Origin: the human T2T-CHM13v2.0 reference genome, Homo sapiens
Reading direction: 5' to 3' (one strand)
DNA: 64,000 nt
NCBI RefSeq assembly: GCF_009914755.1
Contig: NC_060925.1
Shown here: one piece after another, positions 1-16,000 of the stretch
How the letters are laid out: each line of letters starts with the position of its first letter
How positions within the stretch are numbered: position 1 is the stretch's first letter
Translations under genes and position numbers: made by a program
The notes under the pieces: generated by a model
What the model was told of the DNA's origin: nothing
The model's input: the letters and a program-made list of their open reading frames with translations, nothing else
Databases searched by the model: none

Positions 1-1039
1 TTCCAGGATGAATAACTGCCAATGCAAAAATTAGCAAAGTCAAGTATAAATTGCCTACAAGAAAAAAACTGAGAAATAAAGGTTATAGCATGCAGAATAA
101 ACTGGAATGCAAATAATCAAAGATCAAATAAAATGCATTCAAGAAAGTGCATTGTTTATTTAATGTGTTTAATGTTATATTATTTTAGAGACTGCATTTT
201 CTGTATCAGCAGCCACCCAAATGACTTCCACCTCCTCCACTTAGCTTAGTCTTTACGAAGATGACAATGACAGAATTTTCATTTCCAGCCTACCCACTTT
301 CTGTATCCACACAGAATTAAGTGCATAGTGAAATAGTCACCTCCTACACTCACAGTCCTTTTTCCCAGGTGGCTGTGGAACCAGCAAAACAAGAACTTTC
401 TTTAAAGAAATCACAGTGTGGTGGTGATTACAGTTATATTATAGCTTTTTGCCTGTGTGGATAGCATTCAAATAATGAATTAACTGTTGATCCATTACTT
501 GAGAATTTTTCTATTAATCCACTTCCTGACAAATCTAAACAGGGGAAAATGTCTTTGCAAATTGCTGTTGAAAGTCCTTATTCTAGCTTCTGTGGATAGA
601 CTCACTTTCTAACTCTGCTAGTTCCTCTCAGGTTCATGACATTTGCTTCTATTCCATCATCCTTGAAAGAAATCAAACCCTGTATCTACCCAACCAAAAG
701 AAGCACAGCACAGTTTTCTTGCTGTAGTTTACGACACTGTTTTATTGATTCATTTGTTTCTTACCAAGCATTGGCCAAGTAGGGAGGCAGGGAAAACGTA
801 GAAGTCCAACCATGTAGCAAAGCCCTGCTCTGTGGCCAGCTGAGACTTTTAGTTGCAAATTATTGAGCATATCATGAGGCCTTAAGCCAGCTCCTATGTT
901 GAAGTTGTTGGCCATCATCACTGGCTACTATTTTGCCTTTGTTATTAGTATCCCTTACTTGCCTGATAATGAATCAGACATTCAGATTGGACGTTTATTG
1001 GTTGCTCTCACATCTGTGTGAACATGTCAGTCATCATAG

Positions 1040-1150
1040 TATTTCTGCAGGGTGGGCATTACTCACCCCTGGGCTCAGAGAAATGAAGTGATTATTCAAA
1101 GTCTATTAATGAAAGGAATAGAATTGCAACCTAGGTTTGTCTGACTTCAG
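1040..1150 (-). mobile_element. MIR SINE remnant
   Basis: Degenerate reverse MIR core (ggctcagagaaatgaagtga...cctaggtttgtctgacttcag). Confidence 0.45.
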
Positions 1151-2102
1151 ATGAAACAACTGTATGATCTTGAGCTCAGATCCTTCAAAGTGGAGAAATA
1201 TGAGCCCACATCTCCTCTGACACTCAGACTTTTCATTGCATTCCATTGTGTCTCTTGGCTATTTTTCACTTTTTTCCCTGACTCTGTGAACTTTTCATTT
1301 GCATTCTCTTATGTTGTGAGTGCAAATCCCAAATTAATCTTGGGAGAAAGGGCAGGTAGAATGGGAGGATGAAAAGGAGGATTAGGAGTGGTCCCACCAA
1401 CATCCTCCCTTGTACAAGTAAACAAAATGTTTTGCAGATTTCTCCTGCCTAGCTACAGCTTTTTCTTTTTCTATCCATGCTCATGACTGATTCTCCACAC
1501 AAGCTCCCCAATAATTCATATATTAAGCCATGGGGCAGACACCAAAGTGCTGTAAAATTGATGGGATTTTTGTAGAGTTCCGTTGCCACAGGGTATAATT
1601 ACCATGAAGACCTTTATGTGATTCACAGCTGTCTTTAGTAGAAAAAAATCTATTGATTGTATTGTTTCCCCATTCATCCTTGCTCTGGTGTTGGTAAATT
1701 GAATTCAAGCACAGTCTGTTATCAAAATGTGAAAAATCTACGCAGACATGCAGATTTAGCATTAATCATGCTAAGAACTAGACAATTTTCCTGGATACAT
1801 AAGGGTTTAATAAGAGTGAAACCTAAAAGATGTCTAAGTTCCTCTAAATTTTATGTAGAGTTCACATGTGTGATATTTTATTCTTAGTTAACAGATGCAG
1901 AAAGACAAGGTGAAGAAAGGAACTTAATTTAAATGACTGTTTCTCTAGCAAAGGCCATTTCCTCTAGTCAAAATGAAACCTCTTTAAAATTGAATTGGGA
2001 ATATTTCCAAGTCTTCTATTTATAGGACACGAGAGTTGTCCTCTGGAAATGACTCCACCTGGGTACAGTTGTCATTATCCACGAACAGAGGATTTTGCTG
2101 TG

Positions 2103-3095
2103 TGTTATGAACTGAACTGTGTACCCAATCTCCACATTCACATGTTGGAAGTCCCAACCCACAGTACCTCAAAATGAGGTCTTATTTGAAAATACAAATT
2201 TAAAGAGATGATCAAGTTAAGATAAGGTCATTAGGGTAGGACCTAATCCAGTATAACTGGTGTCCTTATGAAAGGGGAAAATTTGGACATAGACAGCCAT
2301 ACAGGAGAACTCCATGTGTACATGAAGACTGCCACCTACAAATCAATGACAGATCCTACCTTCACAGCCCTCAGAAGGAATTAACCCTGCTGACACCTTG
2401 ATCTGAGACTTCCATCCTCCAGAACTAGGAGAAATAAATTTTTCTTGTGTAAGTCATCCTGAGGCAGGATAGGTAGTCAAAGAAGTGACTACGTCCTTGG
2501 CATGCAGCAATGGTAGTGACCGTACAGTCAACACAATAAGCCTTATCATTTGCATTGTAATCAAGCTCATTCAAGCAAAACTATCTTCAGTAGGGACTTT
2601 CCCTTCTAGAAAGCATGAGCATTTTGATTTTACTTGTCCTCAAACTGACACTTTGCTCATTATAATAGTAAAAAACACACCCTTGCGTGGATATTTAAGA
2701 TGTTAATGTGACATGCAATCTATGAACAAGCATGTACAGTTACTGCGCAGGTGCACCCCAAGGACCACCCAGAACATGCTTACCAGTTACACCTGTTTCC
2801 ATCTCCTTGTGAATAATCCATAAGGGGAGTCTCCCTAGAGCCAGTCTCTGCTCTCTCATCTTTATGAGCAGACTGCTCTGAATTCTTTCTCTCTCAGGGT
2901 GTGCTGTCTATTCTGCACTTAACTTTCAGAATATTCTTTTTCCTTTTCAATTAATTACTGTATGCTGCACTTCTTTTGCTGTGTGTCTCTGTTTCAATTC
3001 CTTTAAACTAAGAGGACAAGAACTGAAGTCTCACAACAGTCATCAATAATCTAGCTTGTGGTACATCATTACAGCAACCCTAGCAAACTAATATA
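2103..3095 (+). mobile_element. MaLR LTR (MLT1B-like), split by an LTR9-like insertion
   Basis: Starts tgttatgaactgaactgtgt; MLT1 motifs (cctcagaaggaattaaccctgctgacaccttgatct); resumes after 3048 and ends ccctagcaaactaatata; 5-bp TSD CTGTG/CCATG. Confidence 0.85.
2460..3048 (+). mobile_element. Solo ERV1 LTR, LTR9-like
   Basis: TGAGGCAGGATAGGTAGTCAA...CAACAGTCATCAATA matches the LTR9 family as recalled; 4-bp TSD ATCC/ATCT typical of ERV1. Confidence 0.8.
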
Positions 3096-3269
3096 CCATG
3101 TCCCTCAATGTTCACATTCACACAATAATTCCGTGAGGAATTAACAGATGAAAAAACTGAGGCTCACAGGCTCACACAACAAACTCCATCTCTTTGTTCT
3201 AACATGCTAACAATTATAATGCTGACATTGGTTTAAGAACAGCTATTCCAGAAGAAAAGAAATATTCCC

Positions 3270-3594
<325 letters not shown>

Positions 3595-3644
3595 AAAAGA
3601 AATATTCCCATATTAAATATATTAGCAATAATGAGATTTTATGA

Positions 3645-3708
3645 TAGTATTAATTAATATTTTTGAGTGCCTACTGGTGTCAGGCATTGTTCTAAGTGCT
3701 TTACATGT
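3645..3708 (-). mobile_element. MIR 3' fragment
   Basis: ttttgagtgcctactggtgtcaggcattgttctaagtgctttacatg. Confidence 0.6.
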
Positions 3709-3728
3709 TTTCTGGGCTTTTTGGGGTC

Positions 3729-4021
<293 letters not shown>

Positions 4022-4532
4022 TAACAAACTTATTATTAAGTAAGCATTAACACAGACTGTGATGCACATCACAGGTGATATGCTAATGAGATTACAAACC
4101 AGAAAGTAATCTATCTTTTTAATATAGCCAAGTAGATGCAATCTACCACATGCATGTTCCCAGGAATAATGATAAACTGCCCTTATGTAAGAGAACTTGA
4201 CAAGAGCCATTTGCTTAATATTCACCTGGTAATTGGGGTAGACATCTGTGCTGGTTAATTGCCTTTATTTGAAAGAAAATAAAATTTCTCTTATCTCTAG
4301 GACAAGTATCAGTCAAAGCTTACAGCAAGCTCCCACGGGAACCAGAAAATAGGGGCACTATCTTCCTTAATGTTTATATTTCCAAGAAATGCCTCTCAGG
4401 CCCTTAAGAAAAACATTGATGGGTTATAAAGCTCACAAGAAATTTGTTTAGCCTTTAAAAAGATTTACCTGTATATCAAGGGGACAGGGGAAGGATTTAT
4501 AAATACTAGTTTTTTTTTTTTCTAAGAAAATG

Positions 4533-4569
<37 letters not shown>

Positions 4570-4626
4570 GGGAGAAGTCATTTTCCCTTTTAGCCGCAGG
4601 GAAATGTCAATGTTTTTACTCTTACA
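4022..4626 (-). mobile_element. ERV1 LTR, MER34/MER39-group-like
   Basis: Reverse strand begins TGTAAG and carries group motifs (gtaaatctttttaaaggctaaacaaa; aaggaagatagtgcccctat); internal poly-A and poly-T expansions. Confidence 0.6.
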
Positions 4627-4629
4627 CAG

Positions 4630-5590
4630 ACAAATGAGAATAAGAATATCCTTTATATACAGGGAGTTCTTACAAATCAGCAAGAAAGAGATAAGCACAA
4701 CAATAGAAAAACAGGTAAATGGTTTGAAGAGATGATTCACAAAAGGAGAAACTTAAATGTCCATCAAACATGAAGGCAGATTATTGCATTAATTATCAAA
4801 GAAGTGGACAATAGAATAAGATTTTATAATCACATGGCAATCTGACAAAAGTTTTGGAGAAAAAGGTAATACTCAATACCGACCCCAGTGTAAAACTTTC
4901 ATAGTCTTTTCCGGTAGGAGCATAAGTTGGCACCACTTTTCTGGTGGACACTTTAGCAGGGAGTCTCAGAAACATTTTATGAAGGTTCAAAATTCTGCCA
5001 TTATGGGCTGAATGTTTGTGTCCTCACCCCAAAAATTTTGTGTTGAAATCCTAGCTCCCAAGGTAATGGTAGTAGGATTTGGGGGAGGGTTTGGGAGGTG
5101 ATTAGATCATGAGAGTGGAGGCCCCATGAATCGGATTAGTGCCACTACAGAAGAGGCCCTGGAGGGCTCCCTCGCCCCTTCCACCATGTGAGGACACAGC
5201 GAGAAGATGCCATCTATGAACCAGGGAGCAGGCCCTCACCAGGCACCGAATCTATCAACACCTTGACCCTGGACTTTCTAGCCTCCAGAACTATGAGAAA
5301 GACATTTCTGTTTTTTATAAGCCATCCAATCTGTGGTATGCTGTGATAGCAGCCTGAACAGATGAAGACATCTGTGTTCAGTGGCTTATCCAAGAAAAGT
5401 ATCAAAAATGTACATGATTCATGTATATTCTTCAAGGCATTTTTTAAAATATTGAAAAATGAGAGAAACTTTAGTTAAATTTTGGTATAGCCATGTGACA
5501 TAATTCTGTGTGCTATTAAAGTCTAATTTTCATAAAAAGCTTAATGACCAAAAAATATTTACAATGCATGTTGGGTGAAAAGGTCATGAA
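4630..5590 (+). mobile_element. Old L1 (L1ME-like) ORF2 3' end/3'UTR fragment, split by MLT1A
   Basis: Degenerate L1 motifs (ttacaaatcagcaagaaa; ttcacaaaaggagaaac; aaattttggtatagccat). Confidence 0.6.
4999..5370 (+). mobile_element. MaLR solo LTR MLT1A0-like
   Basis: Complete LTR ending gcagcctgaacagatgaagaca; TSD TCTGC/TCTGT. Confidence 0.9.
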
Positions 5591-5980
5591 GGCTGGGAAC
5601 AGTGGCTCACACCTGTAATCCCAGCACTTTTGGGAGGTCAAGGAGGGAGGATTGCTTGAGCCTAGGAGTTCAATACCAGCCTGGGCAACATAGTGAGATC
5701 CTGTCTCTACAAAAAATGAAAAAATTAGCCAAGCATGATGGCATATGCCTGTAGTCCCAGCTACTTGGGAGGCTGAGGTGGGAGGACCACTTGAACCCAG
5801 GAGGCTGCAGTGAGTGATGGGTGATCACACCACTGCACTCTAGCACTCTGAGGTGGCAGGACATCTTGAACCCAGGAGGCTGCAGTGAGTGATAGGTGAT
5901 CACACCACTGCACTCTAGCCTGGGTGACAGAGCAAGACTCTGTCTATCACTTTAAACAGAGAGAGAGAGAGATAGAGAGA
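5591..5980 (+). mobile_element. AluJ with internal 75-bp tandem duplication and (GA)n tail
   Basis: J diagnostics (gggaggattgcttgagcctagg); right-arm segment repeated at 5773-5847 and 5848-5919. Confidence 0.93.
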
Positions 5981-7150
5981 AGAAAACAGCATGAAAAGGA
6001 GATAAATAGTTGAATTTATTAATAATCACCATCACTAGGTAATGGAGGTAATTATGATTTTACTTTTGTTCTTTTATTTTCCTCTCCAATAAATAGATAT
6101 TTGTAATTGAGAAAAAACCCACATTTTAAAATAGAGTTATTATGCAGAGACAGGCTCACAAAAGGATTGAACCAGCTCACACTGCGGTGCGCTTCACCTG
6201 AGCTTCTGTCAAATTTAGAATCAGTTAGAGGTCCAGGCAGCATTCTTACGCCCGTGACCCCTCCACAAAGCCTTTTTGACAACTCCAGGCTGTGGTGACC
6301 TCTTTTTCTTTCATATTCTTAGAGCACCGCTGTGCAAACCATCTACTTTGCCCCAGTATAATCTTGTGTTGAAATAAAAATTATAGCTGAAAAGAGCTTT
6401 GAAGGTCATCTGGCTCAACCCCAAAATGTTGCACTGAGGTGAGTGAGCCCAGAGAGACTGATTAAGTCAGCATTTATTTCTGTATTTAGGTTTTCTTTAG
6501 CATGCAAGGGAACACAGGGTACTTAGATTACCTCAAAGTAGGAGTCTATGGGTCACCTCAAGGTAAGGACTTGGGAAGTGAGAAATACAGTGACATAGCT
6601 GGGCTTCAGGGACACTGGATATAATTAGGTCATCAGGAGGTAATTAGTGATCAGGTCATCTTGAAGTCTCTTTAATCACCGGTGGTCTTTACTCACTACC
6701 CCATTACTTTATTATTACAGTGATTCAATTGCTCTACTGTGACTAATCATTTTTCTTTACTGTCCTTCTCTTTCTCTGCTGGTTGTTTACTTACTCATAG
6801 TTTCAACTGCTCTCGGGCTTCCACTGTCTTTCTAGATATCTTTCAGCATCTGTCCATACTATTAGTGATTATGATCTTTCTACAAATCAAATTCAAACTC
6901 CTCCACCACCCCAAAAAGTCTGATGGGTTCAGGAAGTTAACACACTGCATAGATGCTCCTCCTTTGCCCATTGAAGGATGCCAGGTCAGGCAAATTCACA
7001 TTTTCAAAGTACTGAGGCTCTTTGAGGTATACAGAATGTTGGCCAATTTGTCAGAAATTCTTCAGAAGAGGGCTGATGCACACAGGTGCTGAGGCTCCCT
7101 GAAGGGGACGATACACGGTGCAGATTCCTTGTTTAACTTCCTAATACTAG

Positions 7151-7433
<283 letters not shown>

Positions 7434-7732
7434 CCAAACCTTTTCTAGCATGTCCTCCCAAGGGAATTCCAAGCACTCTAGCTTTCCCTTCAATTGCACT
7501 GGAAATGCAAAACTCAGAGGGTTGCACAGCTCCTCTCATTTATTGATAAAAGCAATAACACTGCAACTACTATTGGTAACAAATAATTTGGGACCCAGTT
7601 GTTAATCATTTTTTTGACGTGACTGTGACTCAAGAAATTAATAAATTTTCCCAAAGTCACCTAGCTTGTTAGTGGCAGGACCAAACTGGAACTCCTGACT
7701 CTCAGCTCAGAATTCTTCCCTGGGCATCATAA

Positions 7733-8100
<368 letters not shown>

Positions 8101-8261
8101 TGCTATGTGCTATTGAACTGTGAGTCAAGGTTATTATTAGAACAGATCACTATCTTTAGAGTCTTAGACTCTGTTTGGGGTTACACAATGGAAACAAATG
8201 AAATAATTAGGAAATTATGAAATCAAATCTCAAAAGCAAGAGCTGTGGTGTTTAATTCAAG

Positions 8262-8450
8262 AGATGCTAATTACATGTGTGTATTTAAATTTGTTATTAA
8301 ATTGCATAAAATTTGAAATTCAGTTCCTCAGTTTTGCTAGTCACATTTCAAGTTCTTAATAATCATATGTTGAGGCTAGTTGCTACCATATTGGATAGTG
8401 TAGATAGAGAACATTTGTATCATTTCAGATAGTTCTTTTGGATTGTGCTG
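8262..8450. mobile_element. MER3-like hAT-Charlie DNA transposon remnant
   Basis: aattcagttcctcagt...gctaccatattggatagtgtagatagagaacattt...agttcttttggattgtgctg. Confidence 0.75.
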
Positions 8451-8699
8451 GGCTGGAGACCAAAAATCCAATGGGAGTTTAAAGATGAGAGAAACCAAAC
8501 CATATAAAAGTGTCTTAGATTTCTAATTAAATTTCTTCAGAAGTTCTGCATTGCTTTCTGAATTTAGTGTGAAATCCTTGTCAGTGCAAAGGAATCCCCT
8601 TGAAATCTTATCTCTTGCCCCTCCTCATTTCCAAACTTCACAGCCATGCCACTTTTCTCTGAATAGAACATTCTCGGGATTAAACTTTGCTTTGACAGT

Positions 8700-9430
<731 letters not shown>

Positions 9431-11190
9431 CTCTACAGAGTCGGGCTAATATCCCTCTCATGTAATGTAGCTCATGAGTAAACTGTAACATTTGAAGATT
9501 AAAGGGGGCACTAGTCATAGGTAATGCAGGAACAACGGAATGATCACATGACAAACAGTGTGCTAGCACCAGAGTCATAGAAGAGATATAAACTATGGTC
9601 ACTGCTCTCAAAGATCTTTCAATCAAGATCTTTTATTCAAGATCTCCATAGCATTCAACCAATTTTACCATTCACTTATGAGTTCTATTAGGTAGAGAAA
9701 CAAAAGGGAACACTAGGACCTGAAGTTACTGGAGAAAGATCAGAGACAAGGGTGATTTGATCTTGAGGGTGGTAAGATTTGGACAATGCATTTCTACCAA
9801 TTATTTCTAAGAAGTCAGAATTATGTAGTGAATCCCTTTATTTGCACGCTCAAGAGGTCAAAATGAACACCCTATATTCTGTGGCATGCAGGTGAACTGA
9901 ATTTATTAAAGAATGATAGCCTGCTTCAAACCTTGCCCTCCCTTTGGAGAATTTCACAAATAAATGAAATCTTTAAATTTTGTGAAATTCTTTTATTGCT
10001 AAGAATTATTTTGCTGTGGATGTAGTCAGTAACTTGTTTGTACTAAGACAGTGAGCTCAGTTAAACCAGAGAAAAGGGGATGGGAAATATAAATGAAACT
10101 ATTCACATTCACAGAGGCACCAGGAAGCATGTCAATACAGAAAACTGGACCAATTCCTAACCACTTAAGACCAATTGTTTTACCTATGAATTCAATTTCA
10201 GGATAAATGTCCTAGCTCCAAATGGTTCTATATCATGGCAAAATATGTGTAAAAATATTCATTTTTTTAGAGAGTAGAGTTGGGGGCCATTTAAAAGTTA
10301 TTATTATTTTTAACTGTGGCAAAAAAACACATAACATAAAATTTACCATCTTAACCATTTCTAAGTACACAGTTCAATAGTGTTAAGTATATTTCCATTG
10401 CTGTACAATAGATCTCCAGATGTTTCATCTTGCAAAACTGAAACTTTCTGCCCATTAAACAATTGCTCCCTCTTTCCCCCACTCTCTAGCCCCAGGTAAA
10501 CAGTATTCTACCTTTTCTTTGTATGAATTTGGCCACTCTAGATACCTCATATGATTGGAATAATATAGTATTGTCCTTTTGTGATTGACTTATCTCACTT
10601 AGCATAATATCTTCAAAGTTCATCCATATTGTAGCATGTGTCAGAATTTCCTTCTTTTTTCTGGCCGATCAGTATTCCGTTATATTTATATATCACATTT
10701 TGTCATTTATTCATTTGTAGATGAATGCCTGGTTGCTTCCACCATTCAGATACTCTGACGAATGCAGCTATGAACATGAGTGTGCAAATATTTCTTCCAG
10801 ATTTTGCTATTAATTCTTTTGGATATATACCCAGAAGTAGGATTGCTGGATTACGTGGTAATTCTACCTTTAATTTCTTGAAGGTATATGTTTTCCATAG
10901 TGGTTGCAACATTTTATATTCCACTAGCAGTGGGGCAAGGGTTCCAGTTTCTCCATATACTTGCCAACAGTTGTGGGTTTTTTTATTTTGTTTGGCTTTT
11001 GATAGCAACCATCATAATGGATATGAAGTGATAACTCATTGTGGTTTTAATTCACATTTCTTTAATGATTAGTGATGCTGAAAATTTTTTATATGCTTGT
11101 GGGAAATTTGTATAACATCTTTGGAGAAATGTCTATTTAAATCCTTTGCTCTTTTTAATGGTGCTATTTGGATTTTCTTTGTTCTTTATT

Positions 11191-11870
<680 letters not shown>

Positions 11871-12883
11871 TTAATTTTCGGTCTCAAGTTGTGAGAGTTC
11901 TTTATATGTTTTTGGGTGTTAACTACTTATCAGATATATTATTTGTAAATATTTTCTTACAATTCATAGATTGCCTATTCACTCTGTTGATAGTGTTATT
12001 TGACGCACAGAAGTTTTTAAATTTCATCCAGTACCATGTGTTCATTTTTGCCTTTGCTGTCTGTACAGCTTTTGGTATCATTTCCAATAAATCATTACCA
12101 AATACAATATTATGAAGATTTCCCCTATGTTTTTTTCCTAAATTTTATAGGGGTTTGTCCTACTTGAGCTTTTAAATCCATTTTGAGTTTTTTTCTTTAT
12201 GTTTTAGGGTAAGGGTCCAATTTCATTCTTATGCATGTGGATATCCAGTTTTCCCAGCACCACTTGTTGAAAAAAACTGTCCTTATCTCCAATGAGTATT
12301 CTGGCACCCTTGTTGAAAATCATTTGATCACATATGTGAAGGTTTATTTTCTTCATGTTCTTAACTTGCTTAAAATTATTTATTGAATTTCCCTAATACC
12401 AAGGAACAAAGAGTATTTTTAAAAATTGTTCAAGTTTGTTCAATGGATGCCTTTTTTCTTCAGCAGATTTTTTTTCTTTTTATGTCACACAAATATAAGA
12501 CTCATCAAGATGAATAACACCATTTAAAAATTCATTCAGGTACAGTTGTAATTATCTTTAACCAGACTCAACGAAAATTTGGATTTCCACAAATGGCAAA
12601 TCAGAAATGATCATTTATCTTACTGAATCACCTAAATTTCCTTTTAAATATCAAAAGTATAAAAAGGAAGAAAAATTATTGAGTTTATATTGTATTCAAG
12701 GTACTGTTATCTCATTTAATCTTACTGCAACACAAAGAGGTGGCAACATGGGTTTCTCTTCCAATGGGGAGTGTATATTTGGCTTACATTTGTGCAACTA
12801 AAAAGCCTACCTTAATCTGAGAGATGATGGCAAACTAGAGATGCAAAGAAGAACCAGCACAACAAAGAAATAATTGTATTTCT

Positions 12884-13001
12884 GGCCAGGCGCAGTGGCT
12901 CACGCTTGTAATCCAGCACTCTGGGAGGCTGAGGCAGGATAATTACTTGATTCCAGGAGTTCAAGACCAGCCTGGGCATTATGGCGAGACCCCATCTCTA
13001 C
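12884..13001 (+). mobile_element. Alu monomer (FLAM_C or AluJ left arm)
   Basis: Single left arm ending cccatctctac. Confidence 0.85.
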
Positions 13002-13039
13002 AGTTTTTTTTTAAATAACTGCACTTTAAATAGAATGTC

Positions 13040-16000
13040 TAAGGGAGACCACTGAAGTTCAGCAAGGGAGAGACAAAAATCCTCTGAAACACAGAAATTT
13101 GGGATAGCATCACAGAGAGGGAAGTAAAGCACCTATTTAAGATTGGCTTGGAACTAAGAGAGACTCCCCACTGGAGGGAAAGTGTAAGTGTGAAAGCTCC
13201 ATCAGTCCCCATCTCCAATGTGGATGGCTGCAATTCTAGCTACAGAAGGGCCTTACAGTCTGTACAGGCCCTGAGATCAGTATAGAGAGCTGTCTGGATC
13301 CATGCAGGTGTATTACTCCAGAGAAAGAACTCATGTTTGGTTCCCCCCCACGCACACCCCACCAGGACTCAAACTGCTATGGCATGGCACCATTTTAAGA
13401 ACAGAGCTACTGCTGGAGTGTGTCTTACCCTGGAGCCCAACAGCCTCTACAAAGCTCTGCCATTGTACTACCGTGCCCTCACAAAAGGCTGCAATGCTAA
13501 AACCCCAGGTAGACTCAGAGGTACAGCCATGACCCCAGCATGCAAGTCCATGCAGCACTGTATACCCCAGGGAATAGGCAGTCCAGTACAGCAGGAAGGC
13601 TACCTCCAAGACCAGTGAAGCCTATGTATGTGCTCTCCAGGGCCTGAGAACTGCCAGATCAGCACACACTGCTGTCAGTGACTGTTTCTTTAGCCAGTGG
13701 GGCTGCTACATACCACATGTGCCTCCCAGGGGCCAGGAGGTGGCATACTTGGTGCCAGCTGCCACTGGCAACCCAACCCTCACAATAAGCAGAGCCATTG
13801 CACCTGATGCACATCCCTCTACCAAGGCTTGAAAACTGACCTGCCTTTGGGCCCTAACCCCCAGTGTATCCACACCACTGTTTCTACAAATATCCAAATT
13901 CTAGACCACTGAGGAGTTCATAGATACTGCTGACTTTGATTGCAGCTAAAGAAATGAGAAGGAGACTAAACTACTGCACCTACCCAAAATCAAAACCAAA
14001 GCACCTTACCCAACTGACACGATAGGAAACACCTATAAGAACAAGTTTTTCCCTACTAAAGCTACTTCATAAAATTGAAAGAGGTGACTATTTCACCAGA
14101 TGGGCAGATATCAATGTATGTACACAAGAAGCATGAAAAAGCAAGTAAAAAAGACACCTCCAAAAATTCCTCATTAACAGACTCCAAGGAAAAAATCTAT
14201 GAAATTCCTTTGCAGTAATTCAAAATAATGACCTTAAGGAAACTCAATGACATAGAAGAGAATAAAAATAAATAATTATACAAAATCAGCAAAAACAATT
14301 CATGATCTGAATGAGAAATTCAACAAACAGATAGATATCATTGAAAAGGACCAAATAGAAATCTGGAGCTGAAAAACTTAATGAATGAAATAAAAAATAA
14401 AGTCAAGAGCTTCAACAACCAACTAGATCAAACAGAAGAAAGAATTTCTGAAATGGAGATAGGGCTTTTGAAATAATAGATAAAAAGAAAAGAATAAAAA
14501 AATTAAGAAAGCCAACAGAACACCATTAAGTAAACAAATCTTTGTATTGTGGGTTTTCCAGAAGGAGGAAAGATGGGAAAATCATAGAAAGCCTATTTAA
14601 TGAAATAATAGCTGAAAATTTTCCAAGTCTTCAGAGAGATATGGACATCTAGAGCCAGGAAGCTCAAAGGTCTCCAGATAGATTCAACCAAAAATCTTCT
14701 CTCCAAGGCACATTATAATCAAACTTCAAGACAAAGAGAATTCTAGAAGCAGAAAAAGAGACTCAAGTGACATATAAGGTAATTTACATTAGACTAATAG
14801 CAGATTTCTCAGCAGAAATTTTACAGTCCAGGAGAGAATGAGATGATATATTGATAAGGCTGAAAGAAAAAAACTGCCAGCCAATAACACAATATTGCTC
14901 AAAATTATCCTGCAGAAATAAAGCAAAAATTAAGGGAATGTATCACTGCTAGACCAGTATTATAAGAAATGCTAAAAATATTTATACATATAGAAGCAAA
15001 AGGAACAATGACTACCATCATAAAAACATGTGAAGCTGTAAAACTCACTGGTAAAGACACCCAAATGAGACAGAGAAAAGAATCAACTCTTATCACTATA
15101 GATAACTACCAAAGCATAAAGATAAACCATAGATAAGGAAGAAAGAAATAAAAATGTGCAAAATAACAATAAAACAATTAATAAAATGGCAGGAGTAGTT
15201 TCTTGCCAACAGAAACGACCTTGAATGTAAACAGATTAAGTTATCCAATTAAAAAATATAGACTAGCTGAATAAACAAAAACAAGACCCAACTATATGCT
15301 GCCTATGAGAAACTGGACTTTGCCTGTTAAGACATATAGACTGAAAATGAAGAATTGGAAAAATATATTCCACACAAACAGAAACCAAAACAAGTAGGAG
15401 TAACTACACTTATATCAGATAAAATAGATTGTAAATCAAAAACTATACAAAGACACAAAGAAGATCAGTACATAAAGATAAAGGTATAAATTTAGCAAAA
15501 GGACATAATAATTGTATCTATGTGTATATATGAATTCAACAGTGTAGCACCCAAATATATAAAGTAAATATTTTTAGATCTAAAGGGAAAGATCAGTCTC
15601 AATACAATAATATTTGGGAACTTCAACACCCCACGTTTAGCACTGGATAGTTCATCTAGACAGAAAAATCAACACAAGAACATTGGATTTAAATTACACT
15701 CTAGACCAAATGGACCTAGCAGACATTTGCAGAACATTTCATGCAACAGCTACAGAATACATATTCTTCTCATCAGCCCATGGAACATTTTCCAGCATAG
15801 ACTACATGTTAGGCTACAAAACAAGTATCAGTTTTATAAAGTATCTTTTCTGACCACAGAGGAATAAAACTACAAACAAACAAACAAAAACAGTAACATG
15901 AGGACCTTTCAAAACCATACAAATACATTGAAATTAAACAACATGCTTCTGAATGACCAATAGGTCAATTTAAAAAGTAATAAAGACATTACAAATTTTT

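Noticed and set aside
349-464. Strong plus-strand acceptor tcctttttcccag|G at 368
   Set aside because: The frame closes after 31 codons, there is no good donor and the peptide is not recognisable.
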